Position numbers and translations under genes: made by a program
The notes under the pieces: model-generated
What the model saw: only the letters and a program-made list of their open reading frames with translations
Database searches by the model: none
What the model was told of the DNA's origin: nothing
Part shown: piece by piece, positions 8,776 to 19,049 of the stretch
Position numbering within the stretch: the first letter of the stretch is position 1
Layout of the letters: each line of letters opens with the position of its first letter
Origin: an uncultured Thermoplasmatales archaeon
GTDB lineage: Archaea; Thermoplasmatota; E2; DHVEG-1
NCBI GenBank assembly: GCA_964638155.1
Contig: CAZWYI010000010.1
Location: 1,305-65,304, forward strand
DNA: 64,000 nucleotides
Direction: 5' to 3'

Positions 8776-9957
8776 ATGAAAGAACAAACAGAATTTTTAG
8801 AACGAGAATATAAAGAGTTAGAAAAGAAAGGTTATACTTGGACTATTAGAAGCCTACTAGGCCCTTCTAAACCACATGTAAATGTTGAAGGAAAAGAATG
8901 CATAATGCTTGCATCAAATAACTATCTAAATCTTGCAAATCACCCTAAACTTAAAAAAGCAGCTTTAGAGGCAGTAGAAAAATATGGTGCAGGAGCTGGT
9001 TCTGATTGGTCTATAGCAGGAAACATGGATATTCATATTGATTTACATGAAAAAATAGCTAATTTTAAAAATACTGAGTCGGCTGTAACTTTTCAAACAG
9101 GTTTTGCAGTGAATTCTGGAGTTATTCCACAACTTGCAGGAAAAGGAGATATTCTAATTTCTGATGAGTTAAACCACGGAAGTATCATTGATGGTGTACG
9201 ACTTACAAAGGCAGATAGAGGGATATATTCTCATTCTGATATGAGTGAACTAGAAAAGGTTTTAAAAGATGCTAGTAAAAAAGATTACAGAAGAGCAATA
9301 GTGATCACCGATGGAGTATTCAGTATGGATGGAGATATTGCCAAGATGGATGAAATCTACAAAATAGCCAATGAATATGGTGCGATGACCTATGTTGATG
9401 ATGCTCATGGAGAAGGAGTACTTGGAGATGGATACGGCATTGGTAAAGAGTTTGATTTAGAAAAAGAAATTGATTTTCAGATGGGTACTTTTTCAAAAGC
9501 TTTTGGAAGTTTTGGAGGAATGCTAGCTGGAAGTAAATATTTAACAAAATATGCATTTAATACTGCTAGAACCTGGCTTTTAAGTGCTGCTTTTCCACCA
9601 CATGTTGCTGCATCAAACATTGCAGCGTTAGAAGTAATTGAAGAAGAACCTGAAAGAATAAAAAAACTCTGGGATAATACAAAATACTTCAAAAAAGAAA
9701 TTGAAAGTCTAGGTTTTGATACAGGTAACTCTCAGACACCAATTATACCCGCTATGATAGGTGATAGTAAGAAAGCACAGGAACTAGCTAATAGAATGTA
9801 CGAGGAAGGTATTTTTGCCCTTGCTATTGTATTTCCAATGGTAGCTCGTGATAAAGCAAGAATTAGAAATCAGATGAATGCAGGCATGACTAGAGAGGAT
9901 TTAGATCAAATATTAAGGGTATATGAAAAACTTGGAAAAGAATTAAAACTAATTTAA
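8776..9957 (+). CDS. kbl: PLP-dependent class-II aminotransferase family acyltransferase (2-amino-3-ketobutyrate CoA ligase Kbl / 8-amino-7-oxononanoate synthase family)
   Basis: 393 aa. Kbl-like N-terminus (EFLEREYKELEKKGYTWTIRSL), PLP-lysine region GTFSKAFGSFGG. SD-like GGGAGG upstream. Confidence 0.8.
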   Translation: MKEQTEFLEREYKELEKKGYTWTIRSLLGPSKPHVNVEGKECIMLASNNYLNLANHPKLKKAALEAVEKYGAGAGSDWSIAGNMDIHIDLHEKIANFKNTESAVTFQTGFAVNSGVIPQLAGKGDILISDELNHGSIIDGVRLTKADRGIYSHSDMSELEKVLKDASKKDYRRAIVITDGVFSMDGDIAKMDEIYKIANEYGAMTYVDDAHGEGVLGDGYGIGKEFDLEKEIDFQMGTFSKAFGSFGGMLAGSKYLTKYAFNTARTWLLSAAFPPHVAASNIAALEVIEEEPERIKKLWDNTKYFKKEIESLGFDTGNSQTPIIPAMIGDSKKAQELANRMYEEGIFALAIVFPMVARDKARIRNQMNAGMTREDLDQILRVYEKLGKELKLI

Positions 9958-9993
9958 TTCCAATTTTCTTTTATTTTTTTAATTGGTAAAAAG

Positions 9994-10383
9994 ATGGATA
10001 AAAATACAACTATTTTAAATCATGTAGCTGTTCAATACGACAACAAGGAAAATGCAGATATATTTTTCAACAAAATATTAAAGATACCTCTTTTAAAAGA
10101 ATTTAAAATATCTGCTGATTTATCAAAAAAAATTTTTGATATAGATAAAGAAACAGACGTTTTAATTTACGATAATAAAAAATTAAGGTTTGAAGTTTTT
10201 TTATCAGATAAAAAAAGAACTTTTTATTTTGACCATATTTGTATCGAGGTAGATGACAGGCGAAAATTCGTAAAAGACTGTAAAAAATATGATGTTGAAA
10301 TCAATTTCATAGATAGAAACGGTAAAAAACTTTTATTTGTAAAAGATTTTGCAGGAAATTTATATGAGGTAAAACAAAAATAG
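9994..10383 (+). CDS. Glyoxalase/bleomycin-resistance (VOC) family protein
   Basis: HVAVQYDN...HICIEVDD metal-ligand pattern of the VOC fold. 129 aa. Confidence 0.4.
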   Translation: MDKNTTILNHVAVQYDNKENADIFFNKILKIPLLKEFKISADLSKKIFDIDKETDVLIYDNKKLRFEVFLSDKKRTFYFDHICIEVDDRRKFVKDCKKYDVEINFIDRNGKKLLFVKDFAGNLYEVKQK

Positions 10384-10386
10384 TTT

Positions 10387-11091
10387 TTATTTTTTCCCCC
10401 ATTTTCCTTTTTTCTTTTGTTTTAAAACTCTATCAATAATAGTTTTTTCATCTGCTTCCACAAATGAATCATCATCTTTATCTTTTTTCTTGTGTTTATT
10501 CAATGCTTTTTCAATGGCATCACCATCTGCTTCAACAATTACTGCGTTATCTTTTGTTGAATCATTTTCCTCTTCGGAATCTTTATCCTTAATATCTTCT
10601 TCAATTTCCTCTTTTGATTTAACATTGACCTTTGGAGTAGGAAAATCAGAGTTTTTCTCATGGAAATTGGTTTTTGGTTCAATATTTTCATCTGGTTTTA
10701 TTTCAGATTCATAGTTTTTTATTTCCTTATTTTGCTCTATAGTTTCTGATTTTTTATTTTCAACTTCAAAAATTGCTGGTTCTTCTTCTTTTTTCTCAAT
10801 TTTTTCTGATTGGAAAGCCGGCGTTATTTCTTTTTTTTGTTCTTCTTTGTTATCTGGTAGGTCTACAGATGGAGTTTTTTTTGAGCCAATGATTAAATCA
10901 AAAGTTTCGTTTAATAAGTCTTTTTCCTCTACTGTTGGCATCCAAAAATATTCATTATTTTCAAGTATAACATTCGGAGCTTTCTTATTAAAATGAGCTA
11001 CTAACTCTATTTTACCATCCTCTTTGTTTTTACATAATTCAATCTTAATATGAACTTTATCCTCACCAGTCATATTTAAATATCTCTCCAA
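10387..11091 (-). CDS. Hypothetical protein: small N-terminal domain followed by a long Lys/Glu-rich disordered tail
   Basis: ORF only. Low-complexity KE-rich C-terminal two thirds. Confidence 0.35.
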   Translation of the reverse strand: MERYLNMTGEDKVHIKIELCKNKEDGKIELVAHFNKKAPNVILENNEYFWMPTVEEKDLLNETFDLIIGSKKTPSVDLPDNKEEQKKEITPAFQSEKIEKKEEEPAIFEVENKKSETIEQNKEIKNYESEIKPDENIEPKTNFHEKNSDFPTPKVNVKSKEEIEEDIKDKDSEEENDSTKDNAVIVEADGDAIEKALNKHKKKDKDDDSFVEADEKTIIDRVLKQKKKGKWGKK

Positions 11092-11164
11092 ATCTAGTTA
11101 TGATATATAATTTTAGAACTTATAGTTTTTCTTTTAAAATTTTATTTATTTAAAAATTTTTCTT

Positions 11165-12163
11165 CTAAAAACTTATTGAATTTAATATTGAAAATATTCT
11201 ACTATTTTTGATTTTTGGGATCTTATTAAATAAATTCTTAATTAAACTAAAATTTATTATTTCATTACTCTCATTTTCTACATTTTCTTTTATACTTTCA
11301 ATTATTTGATTATTCTTAGAGTATTTATTCATAACTATATTTCCATCTAAATTATCTCGTATTTCACAATCGATAATTTCGTTATAACTTGAAGATGAAA
11401 GATAAATTCCATTTACCCTATTATCTATTATTTCACAATCTATAATTTTATTATTGTTGTTTGATGATGCTATTGCGTCTATACCTGTGTGAGTATTTTT
11501 ATAAAATGTACAGTTGCTAATTAAGTTATAAGAAGAATATTGTAATTCAATCCCATCACAGTTTTTATAAAAATTGCAATTTAAAATTTTATTATTGTTA
11601 CATTCATTATTTTCCCATCCAAGTAATGCTATGCCTTCATCTTCACAATTTACAAAATTAGAATTTTTTATTATATTTTCTGATTCCCATACAGCTATTC
11701 CTACAGGAGTATCATATATCTCACATTGATCAACTTCTATATTCGAAGAAGTGATTTTTATACCTGTGCTATATAATCCAGGGGCTCTGTTAACTATTTT
11801 AAGGTTTTTAATTACAATATTTGGAGCCCCTAGTTTAATAGCATATTTATTTTTCTCGGAGATGGGATTTATTAGAGTGCCTTTTTTATCCTCACCTATG
11901 AGGCTTATAGGTTTATAAACATCAATTATCTCATTATATTCTCCATTTTTAATGTAGATTTTTGAGCCTGATTTTGCATTATCAACTGCTTTTTGTATTG
12001 AATTATAATAAATTTCACTATTTTTATCTACTATTATATAATCATCAGTATTTTCATCTTGAGTTATCTTTATGGCATTTGTAACAAATGATAAATTAAT
12101 TAAAAAAAGAATAATTACAATGGTATTAACAGTAATTCTCCTTCCTCTTCTCATTTTTACCAA
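11165..12163 (-). CDS. Exported right-handed parallel beta-helix repeat protein (pectin-lyase-fold/NosD-like)
   Basis: Signal/TM N-terminus. Repeated PbH1-like units (IIDCEIIDNRVNGIYLSSSSYNEIIDCEIRDN; ISNCTFYKNTHTGIDAI; ILNCNFYKNCDGIELQ). Confidence 0.55.
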   Translation of the reverse strand: MVKMRRGRRITVNTIVIILFLINLSFVTNAIKITQDENTDDYIIVDKNSEIYYNSIQKAVDNAKSGSKIYIKNGEYNEIIDVYKPISLIGEDKKGTLINPISEKNKYAIKLGAPNIVIKNLKIVNRAPGLYSTGIKITSSNIEVDQCEIYDTPVGIAVWESENIIKNSNFVNCEDEGIALLGWENNECNNNKILNCNFYKNCDGIELQYSSYNLISNCTFYKNTHTGIDAIASSNNNNKIIDCEIIDNRVNGIYLSSSSYNEIIDCEIRDNLDGNIVMNKYSKNNQIIESIKENVENESNEIINFSLIKNLFNKIPKIKNSRIFSILNSISF

Positions 12164-12264
12164 CCACGTTAATTAATATCGTGTGACTAACTAACGTGAT
12201 TATTTCTATAAAAAACAATATTTAAATGTTAGTTGAGAAAATAACAAAATGGAAAAATAACATT

Positions 12265-13530
12265 TTAATCTAGAACTTTACCATTAATTTTCTTACAATT
12301 AGAGATTAATTTTTCACCTGTTTCTTGGCTGCTTTCAAAGGAAACAGTAACATAATTACTGTAATTTATATCAAGAACATTTGTCTTTTCATATATTTTA
12401 GAAATAAGTGTTTGAGATTTATCATTTATGGGGAGTTTTAATGTATATTTTTCGAGTTTTGGTAGAGATTTATACAAATTTTCTAGCAAATTATCAACAT
12501 TTTTTTCCTTATTTACAGAGATGAGGACAAAAATATTTTTATTGACCTTCGAGAGATTTTCAACAAAATTCATTTTATCCTTTATTTCTTCTCTGGATAG
12601 TAAATCAATTTTATTTAAAGCTACAATAATTGTAGATTCAACACCTAAATCATAAAGCTCTTTAATGCAGACATCTAGTTTTTTCTTAATAATCTCTTTA
12701 TCTTCGCTAAAATCTAATACCAATATTACTATATCTGATCTTTTTATTTCTTCAAGAGTAGAATGAAAGGCATCAATTATTAAGGCTGGAAGATTTTCAA
12801 TGAAACCAACAGTATCTGTCAATAAAATTGGAACGTTTTTACTATTAATCCTCCTAGTAGTAGTAGAAAGAGTTGAAAATAATTTATCTTCAACTTTGAC
12901 TGTTTCATCTGACAAATAATTTAAAAGACTACTTTTTCCCGCATTTGTATAACCAGCCAAGGAAACAATATAAAAACCACTGATATGTCGATGTCTTCTC
13001 CTAATGTTTCTTTCTTTTCTTATATTTTCTAGGTCTTTTTTTATTTTCTTAGTTTGACTTTTAATATTTTCATAATAATCATCAACCTGATATTCCCCAC
13101 CAGCCATAAAACCAGGGTGTTCACCTGCTTTTGATCTATTTATAAGCTCCCGAACAAAAGATTTCTGATATTCCAGTCTAGCTAGTTTTACTTGAAGACG
13201 GGGTTCTTTTCTATCAGCTCTTTTTTCAAAAATATCTAAAATAAGATTAACTCTATCCAGAACAGAAACTTCTAATTTTTTTTCTAATTCAAACCATTGA
13301 GATGGTTTGAGTTTTCCATTAACAACAATAATATCTATAGATTCTTCATATTCATCTACAAACTCTTTTATTTCATCTACTTTCCCTGCCCCTATATAAT
13401 ACTTAACATGTGGCTTCTTATTTTGAATGAAGACTTTTTTAACGCTATATCCATTGGATTTTGTTAAATCTAATATTTCAGAAATATCTGGATTTAATGA
13501 AACTACAATTGCATTTTTTGTTTCAGTCAT
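12265..13530 (-). CDS. hflX: GTPase HflX
   Basis: HflX N-terminal domain followed by G-domain. G1 GYTNAGKSSLLN, G3 DTVGFI, G4 NKID. 421 aa. Confidence 0.85.
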   Translation of the reverse strand: MTETKNAIVVSLNPDISEILDLTKSNGYSVKKVFIQNKKPHVKYYIGAGKVDEIKEFVDEYEESIDIIVVNGKLKPSQWFELEKKLEVSVLDRVNLILDIFEKRADRKEPRLQVKLARLEYQKSFVRELINRSKAGEHPGFMAGGEYQVDDYYENIKSQTKKIKKDLENIRKERNIRRRHRHISGFYIVSLAGYTNAGKSSLLNYLSDETVKVEDKLFSTLSTTTRRINSKNVPILLTDTVGFIENLPALIIDAFHSTLEEIKRSDIVILVLDFSEDKEIIKKKLDVCIKELYDLGVESTIIVALNKIDLLSREEIKDKMNFVENLSKVNKNIFVLISVNKEKNVDNLLENLYKSLPKLEKYTLKLPINDKSQTLISKIYEKTNVLDINYSNYVTVSFESSQETGEKLISNCKKINGKVLD

Positions 13531-13929
13531 CTAATTTTCTAAAAGAAGAACATCCTTTTAAATATAGGTGAAAAAACTTTAAGAAACAGGAATAATTATA
13601 AACCAAAATATAACAATAAATATAGCTAATATTACAACAAAAATTGTATTTAATTTATTTTCCAAATCTTTAGAGAGTTTCATAGCATCCCTATAGAGTT
13701 AATCAAAAATACATTATTAAAGATTTTTTTGTAGGTGAATATGTAACTGTATATTTACAAAATAAAAAGTTGACAATTATAGGGGCCTGAATATCTTGGT
13801 GGAGATGAAAAATGAAAAGTTTAAAAAAATAAACCTTACACTTTTGCTTATCCAGACCCCTATTATGTAAAAGTATTAACACGTTTTATAAAAATTTTGT
13901 GAAATTTTCCACATTTTCATATATAAATT

Positions 13930-14589
13930 TTACTTTTTGTTAAACCATTTTAGAGTTGATAAAAATCTTTGGATGGCTGTAATATTGCCAATTAATGCAA
14001 AATATATCAATACCCATTCAAGTAAATTGAAATTTAAAAAATCACTAATGTAAATGTTTTCTATATTATAAATAAGTAGGATATGAGCCAATATCGGGGC
14101 AATCATTAGTAAAACTAGCCTATCAGCTCTACCAAGAAGTCCAGAATAGTTACGTTTACAACCTACAGCCTGTGATTGTGTACCCATATAACTTGTTAGA
14201 AGCATGCCAACTATTGCAAAGAAGCCAATTCTTAGATCACACCATGGACTTAAAGCTAATCCACCTAAGATTAAAACATCAGCATATCTATCAACTGCAT
14301 GATCTAAAAAATCTCCTTTTAAAGAGGATTTATTTGTAATTTTTGCTACTTTTCCGTCTATTGCGTCAAAAAAACCATTTAAGAATACAAACAATGATGC
14401 AGGAAATAAATAAAAATTTTGTAATTCTGTATTGGGATTTGAAAAATAAAAAAACATTCCTGCTATAAAAGCAAATATTAAGGAAAGCAAAGTCAAAACA
14501 TTTGGATTTATTCCAATAAATAATTTTGATACCTTTGACAAAAGAGGGTCAACATTTTCACGTTGATTATTAAGAACCATTTTATCCAT
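13930..14589 (-). CDS. CDP-alcohol phosphatidyltransferase family protein (archaeal polar-lipid head-group synthase)
   Basis: D-G-x2-A-R...G-x3-D-x3-D signature (DGKVAK...GDFLDHAVDRYAD). Multiple TM helices. 219 aa. Confidence 0.75.
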   Translation of the reverse strand: MDKMVLNNQRENVDPLLSKVSKLFIGINPNVLTLLSLIFAFIAGMFFYFSNPNTELQNFYLFPASLFVFLNGFFDAIDGKVAKITNKSSLKGDFLDHAVDRYADVLILGGLALSPWCDLRIGFFAIVGMLLTSYMGTQSQAVGCKRNYSGLLGRADRLVLLMIAPILAHILLIYNIENIYISDFLNFNLLEWVLIYFALIGNITAIQRFLSTLKWFNKK

Positions 14590-14598
14590 CCAAACTAT

Positions 14599-15144
14599 CT
14601 AAAATCTATTAAGTATTTCTTCAGACCAATCAATTTTACCTATTTTATATTTTTTTATATCTTTGAAATTATTTTTTAGTATATTATATATAGCATTGTA
14701 AATGCCATTTATAGATAAATCTGTTGTATCAATTTCAAAAATATTCTCTTTTTTATGAATATCAACTGCTTCAGTAAGTATTATATCAAGAATTTCAGAC
14801 TCTATATTTTCATTTATTTTTTCTTTTTTCCAGTTTTTAATATTAAGATTTTCTTCTAATTTATTTGGATGACATCTAAGGATAATGACCTTATCAACAT
14901 TTGAAAAAAGATGTGACAGATGACCATCGATAAAAACAAGATCATTTGTCTTATGTTTTTTAAAATATTCATCTGTTTTTTCAATATCTACGATATTAGA
15001 ATTTCTTTTTTCGTCCTTGCCTAATATAAAACTCTTTTCTATTACTAATTCGTTAAGATAGATTACACTAAAACCATTTTTTTCTAAAATTTTTGTAACA
15101 GATGTTTTACCTGTACCCGGTGTTCCAGTAATTGCTATTAACAT
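14599..15144 (-). CDS. Putative adenylate kinase, Fap7/AK6-like P-loop NTPase
   Basis: MLIAITGTPGTGKTS Walker A at the extreme N-terminus. ~180 aa, consistent with the archaeal Fap7 family. Confidence 0.6.
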   Translation of the reverse strand: MLIAITGTPGTGKTSVTKILEKNGFSVIYLNELVIEKSFILGKDEKRNSNIVDIEKTDEYFKKHKTNDLVFIDGHLSHLFSNVDKVIILRCHPNKLEENLNIKNWKKEKINENIESEILDIILTEAVDIHKKENIFEIDTTDLSINGIYNAIYNILKNNFKDIKKYKIGKIDWSEEILNRF

Positions 15145-15147
15145 AGT

Positions 15148-16452
15148 CTAATCTATTTGAAAATAATCATATCCTCGGAATCCTTCCTTAAAACAATAAT
15201 GTAAATTTTGGAAGTTTTTTCTAAATTCCTTTATCTCTCCTTTAATCTTTTTTGTATCCTGATTTTCTAATAGTACTTTTTTATAGAATTCTGCTATTTC
15301 ATCCATTTCATGATCTTTCATTCCAATCCTAGTTAATTCAGGTGTGCCTAATCTTAAACCTGATGGATTTAAAGGATCTTTATCGCCGGGTATAGTATTC
15401 ATATTTGTAATAATTCCTGCTTGTTCTAATTTTTCTGATGCTTCTTTTCCTTTTCCAGGACCAATAGATAATAATATTTGATGCGATTCAGTGAAGCCTA
15501 GTTTTTCCCCAAATACCTTAAAACCTCTTTCATGAAGTGCTTGAGCTAATGCTTTAGCATTTTTTATTGTCTGCTTTGCATATTCTTTTCCGAATTCTAA
15601 ATGTTCTGCAAAGGTAATTGCTTTAGCTGCTACATGATGTAAATGATAAGATGATGTAACACCAGGGAAGACGCCGAAACCAAGCCTCATCAAAAACTTT
15701 TTATCTTCTTCGGTTTCACCCTTATGATCTGATAGAACCATACCGCCTTGTGGCCCAGGCAGAGTTTTATGAGTGCTTCCATTCATAACGTCAGCCCCCT
15801 CTTTTAGAGGATTTTGAAATTCTCCTCCTGCTATTAAGCCGAGTACGTGTGCTGCATCATATATTAAATGTGCTCCAACATCATGTGCTGCTTCTGCAAG
15901 TTCTTTAACTGGGCTTGGAAATAAAAAAACTGATCTCCCATTCAAACATAGTTTTGGCTTAATTTTTTTAATTAATTTAACAGCACCATCTATATCAATA
16001 TTCATCTCTTCATCGTTAAAAGGGTAGGATACAAGGTTAATGCCACGTACTCCTGCACCACCCCATTTGCCAAAACTTATATGTGCTCCATTTGCTAAAT
16101 CCAATACTACTGCTGTTTCACCTGGTTTTATTAAAGCTTTTAAAACCCCTATATTTGCTGTAGTTCCAGCAGTGGGTCTAATATCTGCATATTCACATTT
16201 AAAAAGTTTTTTTGCAAGCTCCATTCCTTTTAACTCAACGTTATCAAAAAATTTACAGCCTTGATAATATCTATTCCCTGGTGTGCCTTCTGCATATCTT
16301 CCATGAAAATCAGATAATAGCATTTCTCTACATAATGGAGATAGAACATTTTCGCTAGCTATCATAGGTATAGATTCAGCAAATAATTTATTATTTAACC
16401 TTGCCTGTTTTCTAACATATTCTGCTTCTTTTAACCAACTCATAAGACTCAC
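15148..16452 (-). CDS. glyA: Serine hydroxymethyltransferase
   Basis: PLP-lysine signature GSTHKTLPGPQGG. Full-length 434 aa. Confidence 0.9.
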   Translation of the reverse strand: MSLMSWLKEAEYVRKQARLNNKLFAESIPMIASENVLSPLCREMLLSDFHGRYAEGTPGNRYYQGCKFFDNVELKGMELAKKLFKCEYADIRPTAGTTANIGVLKALIKPGETAVVLDLANGAHISFGKWGGAGVRGINLVSYPFNDEEMNIDIDGAVKLIKKIKPKLCLNGRSVFLFPSPVKELAEAAHDVGAHLIYDAAHVLGLIAGGEFQNPLKEGADVMNGSTHKTLPGPQGGMVLSDHKGETEEDKKFLMRLGFGVFPGVTSSYHLHHVAAKAITFAEHLEFGKEYAKQTIKNAKALAQALHERGFKVFGEKLGFTESHQILLSIGPGKGKEASEKLEQAGIITNMNTIPGDKDPLNPSGLRLGTPELTRIGMKDHEMDEIAEFYKKVLLENQDTKKIKGEIKEFRKNFQNLHYCFKEGFRGYDYFQID

Positions 16453-16501
16453 ACAGAACAGGTATCTTAATCATTAATAAAAATGTAATGGAAAAAACGA
16501 G

Positions 16502-17596
16502 TTATATTTCTATAAACTCTTTGTTTGACTTAGTGAGAATTTCATAGCCCTTCTCTGTTATTAGAATATCGTCCTCTATTCTTATTCCTCCAATTGTTGG
16601 AACATATACACCTGGCTCGACAGTTAGAACCATGTTCTCAGATAGAGATACCTCACATTCTGAGTTAAAACCGACACCTCGATCATGCACATCTAAACCT
16701 AGAGAGTGCCCAGTGGAATGAATAAATCTTCCTTTAAACTCTGTATTATCTATATAATTTTCAGCAGCTTTGTGGACTATTTTGCCCATTACCCCCGGTT
16801 TTATCTCATCAAAAGCCTTTTTTTGGGCATTAATTACCGTTTCATACATCTTTTTTTGTTTGTTATTTGGTTTCCCAAGAATAAAAGTTCTTGTGGTATC
16901 TGAGTTATATTTTTTGTATGTTGCTCCGAAATCACAGAGAATAATATCTCCTTTTTTTAACTTATAGTCGCCATGGCTATAGTGAGGTTTAGCAGTATTC
17001 TTCCCAAATGATGAAATAGTTAAAAAAGCGGGTTTTTCAGCACCATTTTTTCCAAGATAATAATCTATTTCTGCAGCTAGTTCATACTCATACATCCCTT
17101 CTTTACATAAATCTGGAATTTTTAAAGCAACTTTATCCGCTATATTACATGCTTTTTTAATTATTTTAATTTCATCTTTGTTTTTTTTCATCCGAGTTTG
17201 TACTAATGCATTTGAAACATCGGTAATTTCTTTTTTTGAAAAAAGAGTATTAAAAGTTTGATAAGTAGTATATGTTATTCCTTCGAAATTTAAACCGATA
17301 TTTTTAACATTTTTTAATCTTCTTTCTAAAATTTCATTAAACTCTTCTCTGTTTTTATAGATAAAAATATTATGATCATATTTTTTTGCAATATCTAATT
17401 CAAGTTTTGATACTAAAAGATCTATTTCGCCATTTTTATATAGGATAACTGCGCATCCTTCAAAAAGACCATCTTTTATTTTTGTAACATAAAAAAAATT
17501 CTGATCTATAAATGACTCAGCTTCATTTTTTATTACTACTGCATCAACATTTTCTTCTATAGAAAAAATTTTATTGGTTATTTTCTTCAAGCTCAT
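16502..17596 (-). CDS. pepQ: M24-family Xaa-Pro dipeptidase/aminopeptidase
   Basis: Prolidase signature HSTGHSLGLDVHD. Pita-bread fold metal ligands (D..D..H..E..E pattern). 364 aa. Confidence 0.8.
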   Translation of the reverse strand: MSLKKITNKIFSIEENVDAVVIKNEAESFIDQNFFYVTKIKDGLFEGCAVILYKNGEIDLLVSKLELDIAKKYDHNIFIYKNREEFNEILERRLKNVKNIGLNFEGITYTTYQTFNTLFSKKEITDVSNALVQTRMKKNKDEIKIIKKACNIADKVALKIPDLCKEGMYEYELAAEIDYYLGKNGAEKPAFLTISSFGKNTAKPHYSHGDYKLKKGDIILCDFGATYKKYNSDTTRTFILGKPNNKQKKMYETVINAQKKAFDEIKPGVMGKIVHKAAENYIDNTEFKGRFIHSTGHSLGLDVHDRGVGFNSECEVSLSENMVLTVEPGVYVPTIGGIRIEDDILITEKGYEILTKSNKEFIEI

Positions 17597-17674
17597 TATT
17601 AGCCTACCTACAGACTACAACGTAATGTAAATAAAAAAGGAATATTTTATATTTTTATTTGGATTCAAAAGAAA

Positions 17675-18058
17675 TTATTTATAACCTTTTATGAGAGTGT
17701 GCAACTGATCTAAATCTTTTCTGATGGTATCTACTTGTTTCATTTTCTCTTGTTCAAAGTTTTTTAGAATCTCTGGTAATGGTTTAGTTAATTTATAAAT
17801 ATGAACCGGGCGGCCTTTACCTTTCTTTTTAAGGTCTCTTTTTTTTGCCCAGCCTCTGCGCCTCATCTCCTGCATAGCGACGCTTACTTCTGGTTGTCGT
17901 AGGTCTGCTCCTTGCTCTACCTCTGCAGATCTACATTCTTCGACTTGAGAAATAAACATTAAAGTCTTAGCAAGATTCTTAGGCATCCCAAGATCTGCGA
18001 ATAATCGCACTGCTTTATCGTCTTTTTCATCCAATACAAATGATCTCTTATGCTTCAT
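17675..18058 (-). CDS. Small winged-helix DNA-binding regulator, compositionally foreign (GC ~45% vs ~28% surroundings)
   Basis: 127 aa. HTH-like core ISQVEECRSAEVEQGADLRQPEVSVAMQEMRRRGW. Two 60-nt sub-windows counted by hand give 47-48% GC. Arg codons CGG/CGC/AGG and Ala GCC/GCG, unlike neighbours. Confidence 0.4.
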   Translation of the reverse strand: MKHKRSFVLDEKDDKAVRLFADLGMPKNLAKTLMFISQVEECRSAEVEQGADLRQPEVSVAMQEMRRRGWAKKRDLKKKGKGRPVHIYKLTKPLPEILKNFEQEKMKQVDTIRKDLDQLHTLIKGYK

Positions 18059-18135
18059 ATTCTCCTCATGACTCTAAATCATTCGAGAGTATTTATATTT
18101 TTCTCATTTTTTCAAAGAACGGGAGGGAAATTTAT

Positions 18136-18582
18136 TTATTGAAATTTTCTTATTTTAATTTTACTTTCGCTTAACATTTTCTTTGCAAGCTCGTCGGGGT
18201 AGTCTCCAGCATACACAATTTCTTTTACTCCTGCATTAATAAGCATTTTTACACATACCACACATGGTGTATTTGTACAATATAATACAGAGTTTTTTAT
18301 AGAAACCCCAAAAACAGCAGCTTGTATTATCGCATTTTGTTCTGCATGAAGACCTCTACACAATTCATGTCTTTGACCAGAAGGAACATTTAATTTTTCT
18401 CTAAGACATCCAACCTCTGAGCAATGTTTAAGGCCTTTCGGTGCACCATTATAACCCGTGCTAAGGATATGTTTATCTTTTACAAGTATTGCACCAACTT
18501 TCCTTCTAATGCATGTGCTTCTTTTGGAAACAACAGACGCCATTTCCATAAAATATTCGTCGTAACTTGGCCTCTCACCCAT
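18136..18582 (-). CDS. dCMP deaminase (cytidine/deoxycytidylate deaminase family)
   Basis: Zinc-binding HAEQNAI and PCVVC motifs. 148 aa. Confidence 0.85.
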   Translation of the reverse strand: MGERPSYDEYFMEMASVVSKRSTCIRRKVGAILVKDKHILSTGYNGAPKGLKHCSEVGCLREKLNVPSGQRHELCRGLHAEQNAIIQAAVFGVSIKNSVLYCTNTPCVVCVKMLINAGVKEIVYAGDYPDELAKKMLSESKIKIRKFQ

Positions 18583-18729
18583 AAAATCATTTCAGAATAG
18601 AGAGAATTCTATAATAAGATTATGATTTTAAAAAGTAAAAATTTTATTTTTTATTTAGCGTTAAAATTAAAAACCTCTACTGCATTCTTTATTTTGTAAT
18701 ATACTAAATTAATTGGGAGCGACATTATT

Positions 18730-19047
18730 ATGGTTTATAGATATGGAATTTATCAATCAAGTCCAAAAAGCTGTGTTTTTTATAAACAAGACGAAGATGG
18801 TAATCAATCAACCTTTAATCTTTTTGTTACACCAGATAAGACAAAACAAAAATCTGTTTCAGCATTCATTGATAATGAAGGGATGAAAAAAGAAAACTGG
18901 TCTAAAAAGATATCAGATGTTAGAGATATAATAGATGCTTTTGGCGGATGGGCTTCTGATGCTCCTCTTATGTTTGAAATAGAGGCAGAGAAAAGCATGA
19001 GCGAATGCTTAGGTTCAGTTTTAAAAAAAGAAGAATCTGAAGAATAA
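18730..19047 (+). CDS. Hypothetical protein
   Basis: ORF with GGGAG SD-like motif upstream. No recognisable motif. Confidence 0.3.
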   Translation: MVYRYGIYQSSPKSCVFYKQDEDGNQSTFNLFVTPDKTKQKSVSAFIDNEGMKKENWSKKISDVRDIIDAFGGWASDAPLMFEIEAEKSMSECLGSVLKKEESEE

Positions 19048-19049
19048 GA

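Noticed and set aside
13740-13870. C/D-box sRNA in the long HflX / CDP-alcohol-transferase spacer
   Set aside because: Checked both strands for RUGAUGA (C box) near the 5' side and CUGA (D box) near the 3' side of the terminal stem. Only a CUGA-like tetramer is present, no C box. Left as unclassified structured element.
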